A DNA stretch of 59,069 bases, the filler included, from Sphacelaria rigidula (lineage: Eukaryota): assembly GCA_964200075.2 (NCBI GenBank). It is 7 parts of 7 records of this genome, joined end to end, with 100 filler letters (N's around TTAATTAATTAA, not from the genome) between each part and the next. Parts side by side here need not be neighbours in the genome. Positions count along the whole stretch, not along the records: positions 8,454 to 16,806 come from CAXNAA020011422.1; positions 16,907 to 25,259 come from CAXNAA020011423.1; 5 more parts are not named here. One strand, given 5' to 3'. The notes below the pieces were generated by a model. That model was not told where the DNA came from, made no database searches, and worked only from the letters and a program-made list of their open reading frames with translations. This document shows positions 12,127 through 25,359 of this stretch, one piece after another. Each line of letters starts with the position of its first letter. Positions within the stretch are counted from its first letter, which is position 1. A program made the position numbers and the translations under genes.

Positions 12127-14899
12127 GAGGGAGGCGCGAAGGCCAAGAGGGAGGAGAAGAAGAGCACTAAAGACAAGAGCGAAGTTGGCGAAGACGGCAC
12201 GGCCACCGACTCCGCCACCGTTGGGACCGCAGGTTCCACAGGGGGCAAAGCGAACAGTATCGCCGCGGCAGATAAGAGTGAAAGTGTGGTTGCTCCCTCT
12301 GCTCCTGAAGATGTATCAGATACCAGAAAGGTTGAGGACAACCGCGGCGGGCTCGAGAGCAGTGGCGGTAGGCCAGCAAGTGCTGCTGTTATGGAAGTCA
12401 GGAGTGAAGCTGGTTTATCTGCCTCTCCTGAAGCGGAGTCATCGGCGGCGGAGGCGGTACCGGAGGCTCCGAAGGTTCGGGAGGTTGGTTCTCTGGTTGG
12501 GGTGTCGAACAAGGCAGCATCGGACTCGGCCACGAAGAGTTCGGGACGTGCTGCTGACGCGACTGACACTGACGCTGAAGTGAAACAGCCCCGCGTCGAT
12601 ATTACTGCGGTGAAGGCTGACGAGAAGACAGCCGAGATTGCTGTGGTGAACACCGTGATTGTTGAGGAGGGGGAACATGGAGTTGTTCTGGATGGGGAAG
12701 CTGCTACTTCTGCTGTGGATGGAAACCATGCAGCCGACGGCGGCGTCGCCGGGGAGAGCATGGCCGAAGCAGCTGAACCAGATATTGCCACGAAATCTGA
12801 CGTGCCGATGCTGCCCACCGCAAAAGAGGGCGCGCCTGACAACGCCGACAAACTGGCGGTAGCGGGTGCGGACAGCACTGAAGTGAGTGCGGGCGCGGGG
12901 GACAATGAAACGCCCACGGCGGGAAAATCAATAAAAGCAGCCCCAAACAGTACCGACGGTGTTGTGGAAACGATCGTTGATTCTGGTTGTAGGACTGAGG
13001 GAAATGTAAAGGTGGTCGAGGGCAAGCCAGTTGCGGAAAGTGAGATCAGCGAGTGCAGAGCGGAAGGAGAGGACAGCAACGCGGATGAGGATGGTGTTGG
13101 GAACATGGCGGATGCGGTCCCGGCCGATGGCGACGCGGCGAGTGCTGATGAGGTAGTCGCGGAGGCCACAGGCATCGTTAGCGGAGATTCTGATGAAGTA
13201 AACTACGTGAGACCACCCATCTTGAGACGCGCGAGCCGGTTTATTGACTATTTTCTCGCGGGACGTGCTGTCATTCTCCATGCGGATGACTCTGATAAGG
13301 ATGGCGATGAAGGTGGCCCAGAGAAAGACCGTGACGGTCGTGGTGGTGACTCGTTGCGGTCCGATGGTGACGCCGCCGACGCTGCCGATCACCCCGACGT
13401 CGGTTAGTTGTCAACCTCCGACCGTGATGAGGGCGCGCCCCCTCTTCGAGGCACGTTGCAGCGAAAAGGCGCCACCTCGAACCTTCGAGTCGATGAAATG
13501 CTTGGAGACCTGGCCACTACTCGCACTGGCAGCGCAAGGATCCCCGCGGGAGGAGGTGAAGAGAACGAGGAGCGGTCTAGCGACATCGACATTGAGACAG
13601 AGACGCTGCGACCACCGCCGAAGGGTTGGAAGCGCGTACGGGGCCGAGGCCGGCTCGTGCGTGTTGCCGGTGATGCCTCCGCGGGGGGTGACACTGAGGA
13701 TACGTTGTCTCCCTCCCAACCCACCGCGTCTGATGCAGTCGAACGCGATCAACAACTGCCACCCTCGAGGCCCATTCTACCGCCGGTCAAGGCAGCAACC
13801 GGAACGGCGGGCGTGGTGACAGCGGCGAAAATAGCGGCAGTCAAGGCAGGTGATGGAGTCTATGGCCCGCTGGCGCAGATGTCGATGGACCGAGGGGGGA
13901 ATAGAGAGTCAGATTTCGTTAGTCCCGACCTTCCTCCGCAGCGACCGGCCGACGAGGATGTTTTTGCTGCCGCCGTGGCTATCGAGCAGCCGCAGCTACC
14001 GCGAGTCGAAGCGATACGCCAGTGTGAAGATGAGCAATGAAGATGGCGACGGAGAGGCGGCGAGAGAGGAGGGCGAGGAGGGTGCGTTAAGCAGAGAGGG
14101 AGTGGGTGACGTGGCTGATGGATACGTGTCATCACCTTCGTCATTGGGATCCCCGGACGTTGCAGAGTGTGGGACAGGGTCAATGTTGAAGGATGCTGCG
14201 GGCGCGCGAGAAGCGCAGCGACGGCGTGTGTTCGATAGACCAAAGTCAGGCTCAGAATCAGATTTATTATTGGTATTGAGTGGGACTGAGTCGGGGGGAC
14301 GCAGGGGTGATGATAGCAGTGATACTGCTGATGGCGCCACAGTGGAAGAGGTTGCAGCAACGAGGGAGACTGTTTGTGCACGAGAGCTGCCAGCGGAGGA
14401 CACGCCCGAGCGTGATGGTACTGGCGATAATGTTGATGGGGGTGAGAGGTGCGGCAGTATTGAGGGTACCGAGGTTCGACATTCAGTCGGTGCCCGTAAT
14501 CCGCAGGGAAGAGGCGACGGGGAGTTATCATCGGGACCTTATGATCGACGGCGACATAGTAGGAGTAATAGTAATAGCAGCGACGTCGCTCCTGAGGACG
14601 GAGCGCCGGAGAGGGGATATGGATCAGAGCGGGCCCGAGCGGTGCCAGCGATCGTCGAGGGAATGGTTTTGGCCCCACCGGCAGGTGAACCTGCAGGAGC
14701 GGAGGAGATTGAGATGGAGTATGCTGTCCCAGGGCCCGAGGACGATGGGGACGTGGAGATGGCGGAGGAAACCGTAGTCGCTTCCGCCAAGTTAAAAAGA
14801 CATAGGACGAACAACAAGGGTAAGAAGCAGAAGCAAAACGCCGGCAGTGACGGTGAAACCATCACTTCTCAGCCCTTGGGCGACGATGTTCTACCATGA
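12127..14899 (+). other. Coding-like acidic low-complexity continuation of the formin, interrupted by stops and a frame change
   Basis: The formin frame stays open from 12127 to 13404 and from 13408 to 14037. ORF 13850-14899 in another frame has the same A/E/D/G/S-rich composition. Confidence 0.5.
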
Positions 14900-16806
14900 T
14901 ATTCTTCTGGTGCTGTCCTTCCTTGGTTCTTTACAGTGAACTAGTAGTTTTCTTGTCGGGTTTATTTATCAATGTCACGCATTTTGTTGACACCGGTCAT
15001 GGTGGTGGGTAACGGGCGGCAGAGGGGATTGTACGGGGGGCGAATGCGAGGTCACATCTTTTGGTACCCGGTGGTGTGTTATTGTCGCTGAGTCTGATTT
15101 TTCAGTAGCAGCAGTAGTTGCGTCGTTGGGTTGCGCCGAGAAGAGTGCGGCTCGAAAGTGCTCAGTAGTACGCTTTTTTTCGTTGTGCCGTTGTTTTCAC
15201 CGCCTCCGTTGTTCCTCTATAGAGTCTGGTCGGGGATAGTAGACGGAAAATCACACTTTGTATATGCATGTTGTACGATTTGGGGGTGACGACTTGAGGG
15301 GGTAAATTGCTCGGTGGTTGTTCGTGTTGAGGGTTGCCGCGAGCAGTTCGGCCCAGCGACAGGATTGGCCATTGTTCCCGTTAGGCCAGGGCAGCATTGG
15401 ATAAACACCGACCTGCGTTGCCTTTTATGGCTGCTATGAGATTATTATCCGTTTTTTCCATTTTGCTTGACCGTGTGCGCTTCGAGGGCGAGTTGCTGTG
15501 TGTGTTATCGTTTACTGTCGTGTGGGTTGTTCGTGTTCGTGAGAAATGTAGAATAATTGAAAGTTGCTACCGGATCCAAACATGCGTGGAAAATCACGCG
15601 CAGCGCGGAGCTTTGTGTTTTTGCACGTGCCTGCCGGTGGGGGTAGAAATACGCCGGCCGCGCTTTTCACTCTCAATTTCACGAAAACGTTGTCAACATT
15701 GGTTTTGTCCCCCGTCATCACACTGGAACCTATTTCGTGGACGTTCAAAACACCAACGGCGTTATCTTTATTCATCACCCCAGCGGACAAGCTATGAACA
15801 CATCGCGATTGCACACTACAGTAGTGGGCGGTCTAACTATTCAGGAGTGTTTGAGGGTTTCCCTCGCGTACTATTCTTCGATAGAACTCGAAATTGCCAG
15901 CGTCGGTAGATTTTGGTACAGTGAACAGATCATCCTCGAAACACAGTGCCCAAATCAGTGCTAGTAGGTGTTATCGGGCGATACAAGCTAATATCCCGTT
16001 TATCAGGAGGGTGCTATTGACCGTGAAACACAGTTTTTCGGCTCTAGTGCGATGAGTAGGTAGAATTGAAAAAAAAAACTGTACATTTCTTTATAAATAT
16101 GATCATGACAGGCTCGATCGACCTAAAAAAACGGAGAGTAAGAATCTGGGATGAAAAGTGGCAAGACCCCCGATGACCGTTCAGCTCGTATTTCACTCAA
16201 TATTGAGTGCAGATGCTTTTTTTTTTTGGAACGTGGAGCGGATACACATATCTCCAGATCTCCAGATCTCCAATGTGATAAGCGGTGGCAAGCGAAAAAA
16301 GCCCAATCATATCGTCCATCACGAGAAAATCACAAAATGCCACAAAATGAATAGTTTGACCGCCCACTACTGTACATGAGAAATATCAACAACAGGGCTA
16401 GTCACTAGCTGAGTACCTCGGGTGTTTTTTGCTTGTTTTTGTTTCGTATTTTTCGTGCCTTGTGGTTACAGAATTTTCTGTTTTTCTTCGGCTGTAGATT
16501 GTAGGCCGACGGCTGATCCGTCGAATGAAGGAAGAGAAAGGAAATGCGACTTACGTATGGCCAGGTGGGATGCTTGATGCAGAACTGCCGAACGCAAAAC
16601 CCCAACTGCCAACTGCCAAACGCATGAATGGCGTTTTGAGCGTGATGCAGCACATGCTCATTACGCCTCGAAGAGATATAGCGGATATTTGTCAGGTTTG
16701 TCGTTTGATAGCACAACATCCGGAAACAAAAAATAAACAGTGTTTTCGTGAGATTGAGAGTAGACGATACGATTGAGAGTGAAAAGCGGTCAATCAGTGA
16801 ATGAAT

Positions 16807-16906
16807 NNNNNNNNNNNNNNNNNNNNNNNNNNNNNNNNNNNNNNNNNNNNTTAATTAATTAANNNNNNNNNNNNNNNNNNNNNNNNNNNNNNNNNNNNNN
16901 NNNNNN
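16807..16906. other. Artificial contig-joining spacer
   Basis: N44-TTAATTAATTAA-N44. Confidence 0.98.
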
Positions 16907-17141
16907 AAAACCTCTGTAAAAAATTGGCCCGAAAGAAAAAGGGTGGGGTATAGCCTGGTGGCTATGTTTGGAGTGTACTGCTAAGGACCCCGTGCACACA
17001 CTCTTGGAATGAGTGGTGCAGACGAGTAACTCAAGGATACGGTGAAAGCGACAACACTAGAGGTCCTGATAGCAGTCAATACAGCGCTGGCAAGGGGGGT
17101 CGCTCTCCTCGGAGTGAAAGTGACGGGGATTGAACCCCCTT

Positions 17142-17213
17142 GCTCCGTCTCGGAAGGGATGCGTGGTCAATGGTCAAACGACTAAGGCAAGCAACAAATG
17201 AGTAATGAGTACG
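17142..17213 (+). mobile_element. Dispersed LINE-type 3' tail (SINE or truncated LINE end)
   Basis: gctccgtctcggaagggatgcgtggtcaatggtcaaacgactaaggcaagcaacaaatgagta also occurs at 32516-32578 (+) and 50727-50790 (-). Confidence 0.65.
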
Positions 17214-17222
17214 ACTAACTTT

Positions 17223-17312
17223 TGTGACGGTTTTAGAGACAACCAACTAGACTACCGACCAGTCAGCGCTGACTGGTCAGTAGCCTAGTTGGTTGTCTCT
17301 AAAACCGTCACA
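17223..17312. repeat. 90-bp near-perfect palindrome, TGTGAC...GTCACA, apex CAGTCAGCGCTGACTG
   Basis: tgtgacggttttagagacaaccaactag...ctagttggttgtctctaaaaccgtcaca read directly, with only a few mismatches. Confidence 0.9.
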
Positions 17313-19299
17313 GCTCCATCGACTGATCTGGGGTATGGAGCGGAGACGAGGTACCGCGATGTCAACATTTCATGGACGCGCACAGAATCAAGCGACAACT
17401 GAACATCGCGCCTCCACCAGACCTACCGTCTCATGATACGAGAAAAAGAAAACGGGTTAGTGAATCTGTCCCTGTGGAAACCAAGTTTTCCATGAAGGAC
17501 AATCTCCGGAAACGTGCACTTGCAGTGAAATTTCCCGCTACATGGCAGACGCGTAAGGTATGAAATCAGGGCAAAAGAACATTTTGATGTTATGGTCAGT
17601 GCGACCACAAGGACATCAGCGGTGACGAGCGACTCGACACAAAGGGCTGAGCTCTTATCAGCAGTGAGGGGTATTTGCTGGCGGGGATAGGCGTGAAAAT
17701 TTTGTAGTCTTGGAGTAAAATACCCCAGACATACAAATGTCATACCACCGTTCATGACTTTGATATTTGTCTTCCCCAGACGCAAGTATTACCATACCAT
17801 ACTGTCATCACCGTGGGTTCAGAGTCCAGACCAAGTGCAGGACGATAATCCACCCTGAGAAAGCACAATGTTTTCCGTAGAGTCACCCATAAATCAGCAT
17901 TTATGGGGAGCATCAAAATCAGTACCATCACACAGATTTACAGATGCCGAGATCAGGTGACCGAGTCACACTCCTCCGACACAAGTGTGCTGATTCCATG
18001 AACCTGGATACGAACGTCGATCAAGTTTACCGTCTTGTGTTTACTCGGTAGTATGGAGGGTATGACACGTTCAAACACAGGCCAGTATAAGGGTATCATG
18101 ACACACATACAACGAGGAGTCCACGTTCACATCATTTTCTCCATGAATGATCGTCTCAGTCCCTCGAATAGGAAGACCTGAGGCGCATCATAACGGGGGA
18201 TGATGTGAACACTACATTTGTACGTGCGTTATGATAACCAGAATACGCACGTAAGCCGGAGAAACAGTCACAGGAACGGGATCCGCCAATGACATACATG
18301 AGCAGACTCGAAATGTTCAAACCTGTGAAACTGGATCTTCGAATAACTAGGTAACAGGGCCCTCCAGTAGCAAGAGCTCAGCATTATAAGAGCCACCATA
18401 TGAGCCCTAGTTGACCGTTGGCTGTACCTCGGTGCAAGCTTAGTCACTCCCAACCTATCAGCGGCTCACGGCCAAATCCTTGCCCATATAACGAGGGAGA
18501 AAATACGCCTCGCTTTGGAGATCCTTCGGCAGTAGGGCATGACAACGTTCTTGATCAAGACACGTAGCTCAATTGCCTCTCTCCTCGCGAAGTCTAGTTT
18601 ACAGTTTCTGTATGACCTCCATGTTTGCCAATTCCGCTGGCTCCACAAAGAGCATATACAGAAACACCCGAAAGACAGCTGTCGATGCGTGATTTTCCTC
18701 CAGCTGCTTCGACCGAATCATTCTTCATCGTGCCGGCTCGTGATCATTGCTTCGGGAGGGGCCCGCGCAGTGACTGCTCATTCATCTGCCTGTTCATCAT
18801 CACTGTCGTCCTGAAAGTGCTCTACTTCGTAATATACTACCGACGCGATCGTCACCGCTTAAGTGGCTTGTCAGGTATAGAGCTCGCATGACACCAGTCT
18901 CAGCCTATCCCCTCCGGCATACCCGTGCTTCATACTCTCTTGGCCATTTTACCGGAAAAAAACAATTTTAAATGTTTTTCATCTTCTTCGTGTAGGAGAC
19001 TGACGAACATTTTCCAGTTGTAATTCAAAAATGATTCCCGCTCTATAACCAGTATATCTAAAGTAACACTCGTCAGCACGACTCTCCTAAGTTGCTTTTT
19101 TTTTTAGTATGCGGCGGTGACCGCTACTGTGCTGGTGTGTGTGTGTGTGTGCGTGCGTGTACACTCGAGGCAAAAACGAGCAGACAAAATATATCGCCAC
19201 CTCTCAGTATCACAAACAGTATAGTATGTTACGCCTTGCCCTTTTCGCCCTTGTCCGTTGCGTTGTATGTGGTATGCAACAGACATTAGGGCAGCTGGG

Positions 19300-22200
19300 A
19301 TGACAGATAGCACCGTCAACGTAGCGAGCTGTGCTCACGGCGCTCGCGTGGTTGCGTTCTCTTCAGAATCCCCCGGATGCCGAGCATCCAATGTGCTACA
19401 CCCTTCTACAAAGAAGGTAACTTCGCAGCACGGTACCGTAGGATGTCTGTGGCAGCATCGAAGCGGCCAGCATCTACTGCTGTGGGTGGTGACGGGTCAT
19501 GGTTGACTCTCCTGCTTCATGGTTGACTTTGTGCCGGAGTTACTTGAGCTAAACGAGCACGTAGACGACGAAGCACATATCTTGTAGGCCGTTGGTAGTT
19601 ACTGCTCCAGCGAACGTGCACATGCACGAGCTCTCGCTCGAAAAATGTAATTGTGCGCACACACAAAGTACCGCCGGAGGATGGCACCAAGGAGATGTAC
19701 TTTCTGGATGCAATGTATGCTACACACGGTATAATATCGCGTTTCCTCGCGAGTGGGTATTGTTTGACGCCGAACTGATGTTTGTGACACATTTCGTCGT
19801 TTCGACCGCGCTTTTTTAAATCATAGTTTACGCACGAGTTTGCTTGTTTGTAGTGCCGCCCTTTCGTGCTTTCGGTGGATATTCACACCGCAGGAAGTTT
19901 ACTTGATATTTTGAACGGCAGAGACAGGCGTCCGAAAGCCAGGCCATGTTGCTTGTCTCTGTACTGCATCGCGGGGAACACAGGAAACACGTCGTAGCGA
20001 GGTTACGGCTCACTTTCATCTTGTGGCGTCGGATATGAAGCCAGACATATTGGGCTCTCCAGAGCCATAACCTATCGGACTTCCTGCGTTTCATTTTGGG
20101 CTCGGTGATGTCGTCTCTTATCATTGATATATCCACCAGCAAACAGTCGGTGGGGAGGTGTTAAGTTGGAACAAACATCCGGGGCGTCTGTTGACTTCTG
20201 GGACACGATAGCATCCCATCAAACGACGGAGTCCCATGTGCCTCGGAGGGAGAGGTTCACCTCCGATTTACTCCACAATGATCATGTGGAGACTCTCCAT
20301 TGTCCTTTTCTTCGTGAGAACGACCTTTATTTTCTGAGGCGGGGCGGGGTGATACGGTACTTGAAAAGTTTCTGCTTTCCATTCATTCCGTGTCACGCTG
20401 CATTTGCTAATGGGTTTCTGCGGACCGGTGCTGCTCCATTGTTGCTGCACTTTTCCATAAGTGTGTCTTTTGTAGGGTGCCTACCCTGATGGTGAACGGG
20501 AGATACCCATGTCATGACCCAACATGATTACTAGCGACATTCTGGCAAAACCATTGTTCGCCCAAAAAAAGGCGGTGGGATATTGTTTGCTCAGGGCTCT
20601 GTAGGTGCAATCAGCAGTGCAGCATCTGGAGCATTCTGAGCGGATGGATGAAGGTGAGACCAGGGTTGCCTAAGAGGGCTAAACACCAAGCCACATTTTA
20701 GCACAGTGCCAGCTAGATGCGGTGCAGAATAGGAGGGGTTTGAAACAGTTCTTCCAGAAAATACACCGACCTGAGCGACGTAACTCCCGCGTATGTTGAG
20801 TCCCGCCAGTCGTGTGTCTTGCCTCGCTTTTCCGACCAACCAGGTGTGGTTGACAAGTGCAACGGCAAGCCCGCCGCATCATCTTGTCATCCAGCTGCAC
20901 TGCCAACCTGACCTCGTGCTTCGAACCTTAGGGTGGTTCTGCGGACACGCCTATTCTACGAATCCAGGCACGTGCTCTATCTTATGCTCTTCAATCCTGC
21001 TACAGCAGTCGACATTCACCGTGCTCTTCAATCCGGCTGCAGCGGCCAAATGTACCGAGCATATCCCGGTAGTAGCCTAAGAGTAGAGACGCTGAACGTC
21101 TCTCTCGGGTACACGACTGCCGTTAACAGATTGTGTTGAATGACTCTCATCTCTCTGGGTTTCGGATAAAGCCAATCGTGCTTATACATCCGTGGCCGAT
21201 GATGCTTCAGAATTTGCCTTCCAACGGCGAATGAGAGTATAAGCACCTTCTGATCGATGAAAACATGTTTTTACTGGTGAAAAGACTTGAGGCGTGACGT
21301 TTGATTGCATCCTGACATGAGCAATTATACTCTACGGTCTTATGCAAACATTCCCTCTCCCCCTCCCTCCCAACCCCTTGTCGCCGTTGATATCAATAAA
21401 CACCAGCTCAGATGAGCCTTTACCTGTCTCGAGACGGTTCTCTATGGACCTGCTGGGACTCCATGGAATCCGAATGCAGGTCAGGAATCCAGCTGCATAG
21501 GATCCGGCCTTTTCCCCCTGCCGAAATGCCGTTCGTGAAGTTAGAAATAGTGCAGTGCTTTGGCGCTAGACAAGTTTACCTTCACCGCCTCTACCTACAT
21601 GCGGAGAAGGCCGAAGATATATGGCGCTCTTTGAGCTGTTACCCTGGTTGCCACCACGGAGAAGACCGCGCCAATAAACAATGTGGAAGACCTACAGGAC
21701 GCGATGGGACCCGCCAGGGGCGCCCTGTCCTTGCTGATGTCCCTGCTATTGGAAAGGCCGACCTTGTCGGTGTATCGTCACGTTTTGAGGGGATCAATAG
21801 TGGTCATAGATCCAAGTCGTTATCGGTCTCATTGCCGTGGTCGCACATGGCGCGAACAACACCGCGAGAAGAGGTGATCGGATATCGAGATTCGCATTTT
21901 CTTGCAGGTGATTCACAACCACTCGGTATGACTTCCAGACCACGCTCCAGTGTGCCCAGCGGTAGGTTAGGATCCCTTGGGGCTGAGAATAACAGCTTGA
22001 GTTTGTTCCAGGGCACCGCGCCCATTAAAAATGGGGCAAACATAGCATATCAACAGCAGCCGCATATAGAACGGCGGGATTTTGCTACGGAGCTCAGAGC
22101 ACTGGACAAGCTTATCGGCTCTCCGATCGTGAGAGTTAAACCTTCTTCGGCAAAGCTACAACGACCCACTGTCCCCCGACAAACGCTAAAGACGCACCTC

Positions 22201-23154
22201 CGAGCACCATCATACGAGGAACGTCGAGTCGGGTTTTCGAGTGAAGGCCCAAGTACGGGAATTAATGGGGGTAGCTTCTTCGTGAGGAACGACGATGACG
22301 GAAGCAATGCTAGAGTAGAGGATTATAGCGGTGGGGTGCTGAGAGCCGCTGATTTGAGGACGTCGTACCCATTCTCATCCAAACGTGAAAATACCGGGGC
22401 AGACGCTGAAAATGACGAGTGCGTTGATGAAGTCACATCCAGCGACGACGGCGGTGATGGTGAGGTAAGGCGATGCTCAAGTCCGTCTACTCGGGATAGT
22501 GCTCGGGAAAAAATACAGTTTCGTGCTGCAGGTATTGATCCGACAGCACCAACACCGCCGGCAGCTGGTGCTGTTCTCGAGGCGCATGTTGACCGTGGTA
22601 TACGAATGGCACAAACCGGGGCCCGATTGCCCGTGGATGATAACCGGGCTGCAGCAGGTCGCCTAGACGTTGATCAGAAACAGCCAGATCCTACGGTCAT
22701 CTCATGGTGGGGTGGTGATATGAGCCGGGCGCACAATGCGGGAACTGCGCCTGCTTGGCGAGCAGCGGCCACCCGGCCGTCGACACTTCGTCCAGCGGGA
22801 GCAGCGGGGGTGTTCAATGAACCAATGCTCCGAGCGGAGAGAGGCAACGAAGCGTTGTTTCCGGCGCCAGGAGGATACGAGAGTGTTTCTTTGAGTGGCG
22901 GGGGCGATAGAGTCACCCGCGAGAGTCATAGCTGGAACAGAGGTGTCAGCCGACGAAAGTCGGCTGGTTTTGGCGATGCTGACGATAAATGTCATGAGAA
23001 AATTGCAGCGGTAATCGTCGATGACTCTTCGCCGGCTACCCTCAGACAGGCGGTTGTTCATCTACACCAGAAGGTCAGGGCGAGGCAGCTAGTCACCGCG
23101 AGGCTTGAACTGCAAAAGCAGCTCGGCATGATTGACAGGAGCAAAACGCGATGA
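19300..23154 (+). CDS. Protein with N-terminal galactose-binding-like (F5/8C, APC10/IFT25-like fold) domain, long disordered region and short C-terminal helix
   Basis: Exons 19300-19416, 20844-20967 and 21407-23154 join in phase; intron 2 is GC-AG. Translation: MTDSTVNVASCAHGARVVAFSSESPGCRASNVLHPSTKK-VWLTSATASPPHHLVIQL...LGWFCGHAYSTNP-AQMSLYLSRDGSLW...FVKLEIVQCFGARQVYLHRLYL. Confidence 0.75.
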
Positions 23155-25259
23155 AATTAGTCGTGTGAGCAACATGATCCGAACCTCGGTCGAGCAATGA
23201 GCGTGACACGAAGCACCGCCGTCGTGTGCGACTCGGGAAACAAGGAATGCCCCCTCCCTCCCCCCAAGTCTAGCGGCAAGTTTGAACTTTCTGCAGTCAT
23301 CGAACGGAGGGTGCTGTGTCGTATGTAACACCCTTTTCGCCATGCAGATTCAATGCCTGACATATGATTGAGGGTCAGCACCCGAAGAATGGGAAATCTT
23401 TTCATTTATCTATTCGTGTTTACTGGGAAATACTTCGCGAGCCAGTCGAGAAGCGGCTCGAGTGAAAGCTATTTTACCCGTGAGGTGAATCCAAAGTACA
23501 TACTTATGCATTGGCCTCGTCAATCCCAATTTCACGAAGTGAATTTGGTTTCTGTTCCGGGTCAAAAATCGACTTGACGGGGTTTTGCGACTCGGTTTTT
23601 GCGATTTTTTCTTTTCCAATTTCCCGAAGTGAGTTTGGTTTCCGCTGCGGGCGAATATTCGACTCCGACTTTGCGACATGATTTTTGCTACTCCATTTTT
23701 TTTACTTTTGCTTTGCTAGATTTTTCAACGCTAAAACCCCTATTGATCTCGTTTTGGGGGGGGAAACTTTGTCAAACAAAAACCAAACACATCCTGCTCC
23801 AAGGGGCACCTGGACACACAGCAGTTGCTGCTGCGTACCTAGTATCATCCTCTAAATCGGAGTCTTGAGTGAGAACGCCCAGTGTGCAGCTGCTTGACGC
23901 GACCACTGCGTTCTGCCACGCACCCTGCCCCACGTACCCGACGAGGGGACAACATCCCCGAACAGACAGTAGAAATGCCAACGGATCCTACTTCCTGACA
24001 GTCTGGCAACCAGCAAGGTAGTCATTGTAGTGTCCTTGTAGCGATAGTGCATTTTTCCAATTTCATGAAGTGAAATTGGTTTTTGCTGCGAGAAAAAATT
24101 GACTCGCGGAGAATAATACGCAGAGATTTCCCGACTGTTCCGCGTGTCATTTTCCAACGAGCCAAACGTAGCTCTGTCCCCCCAGACATTCAGTACACCA
24201 TTCCCTCCGCGGAGCCTATCCTACAAGATCTGGTGAGTGTGAATTTCAGACAAATGAAGGTTGCTGACAGAGACGAACTTTGAACAGCGACGCTGTAGAC
24301 TCACCCTGCTAATTGACGGTACTCGATGTAATGGATCCCACACGGGGAAGGCACGGCCTCAGCAATCGCGTGCGCGGACCGCTTGTGGGCACCATGCACT
24401 GCACGGGTGTGAGGCACCCCTACTGTTCTGGTGCATTTCATCTTGACGGCCTCTTGATTCGATGGTGCATGCCAGTGTACAGGCCTGTGCGCGAACGTAG
24501 ATTAGTACGGACACGTTGAGGCGGCGTCTTCTCAAAAGTGGTTCATCACTTTTCAAAAAATCGCTTTTGGAGAAGTGATTGCCCCCACAGCGACCAGTGT
24601 TGTGTCCTATCGATATCCAGTTTTGTTCAGATCGAAGCCCAGATCTGCGCCCAGGTAAAAAATGCGGCGGTTCTGGACGTGTCAGTTTGTCCAAAATGGC
24701 AGAAAGGTAGCCACGAAAACAGACGGATAGATATTCACCACTCACACGCATTAGCTCAAGCGCTAGCTCTTGATCATCTACACCCGACAGCCTTTGTATG
24801 ACGGAAATCCGTCCAGTATTAGATGAAAGGCGACCGCTCGCGTGTCAACTAGCAACCCAAAACGTGCTGTTGCTTTTTTGAGCGTGTGCTGTGCGCGCGT
24901 CTCATGCAAATCACCATTACTCACTGAATTCTGAACTGATTTGAACAAGGTCACGCACAGCGTGCTCAGCTAATGAGCATCAATGCATGGAGCGGTGTGT
25001 TTTGGTTTGAGAGGCTGATTCAATCCTCAGGTTCACGTTTGATTGTGTTGACTTGTCTGTCCAAACTGGCGGGGGTCGGCAGGCACGGATTTTTACGCGC
25101 AGATCTTTGTTCCGCGGCCAATTTCGAACCGCGGAGTCCAGCGAATCTGAAAGGCAGACTAGATTACCGGGGTTTGTTTTGCGCTTGCATTTTTTTTCCC
25201 CGGTAACCATGAGGGTAGTCGAGCTAGATCATGTTGTGCGGCGTGGGATAACCTCGGCT

Positions 25260-25359
25260 NNNNNNNNNNNNNNNNNNNNNNNNNNNNNNNNNNNNNNNNN
25301 NNNTTAATTAATTAANNNNNNNNNNNNNNNNNNNNNNNNNNNNNNNNNNNNNNNNNNNN
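25260..25359. other. Artificial contig-joining spacer
   Basis: N44-TTAATTAATTAA-N44. Confidence 0.98.

Noticed and set aside
11739..13175. 478-aa minus-strand ORF
   Set aside because: Ser/Ala-rich antisense shadow of the plus-strand formin tail, with no independent motifs.
17313..18960. Named transposase or gag-pol downstream of the 90-bp hairpin
   Set aside because: Only broken protein-like fragments on the minus strand (one CxCG..DHN knuckle-like motif); no assignable domain and no second terminus found.
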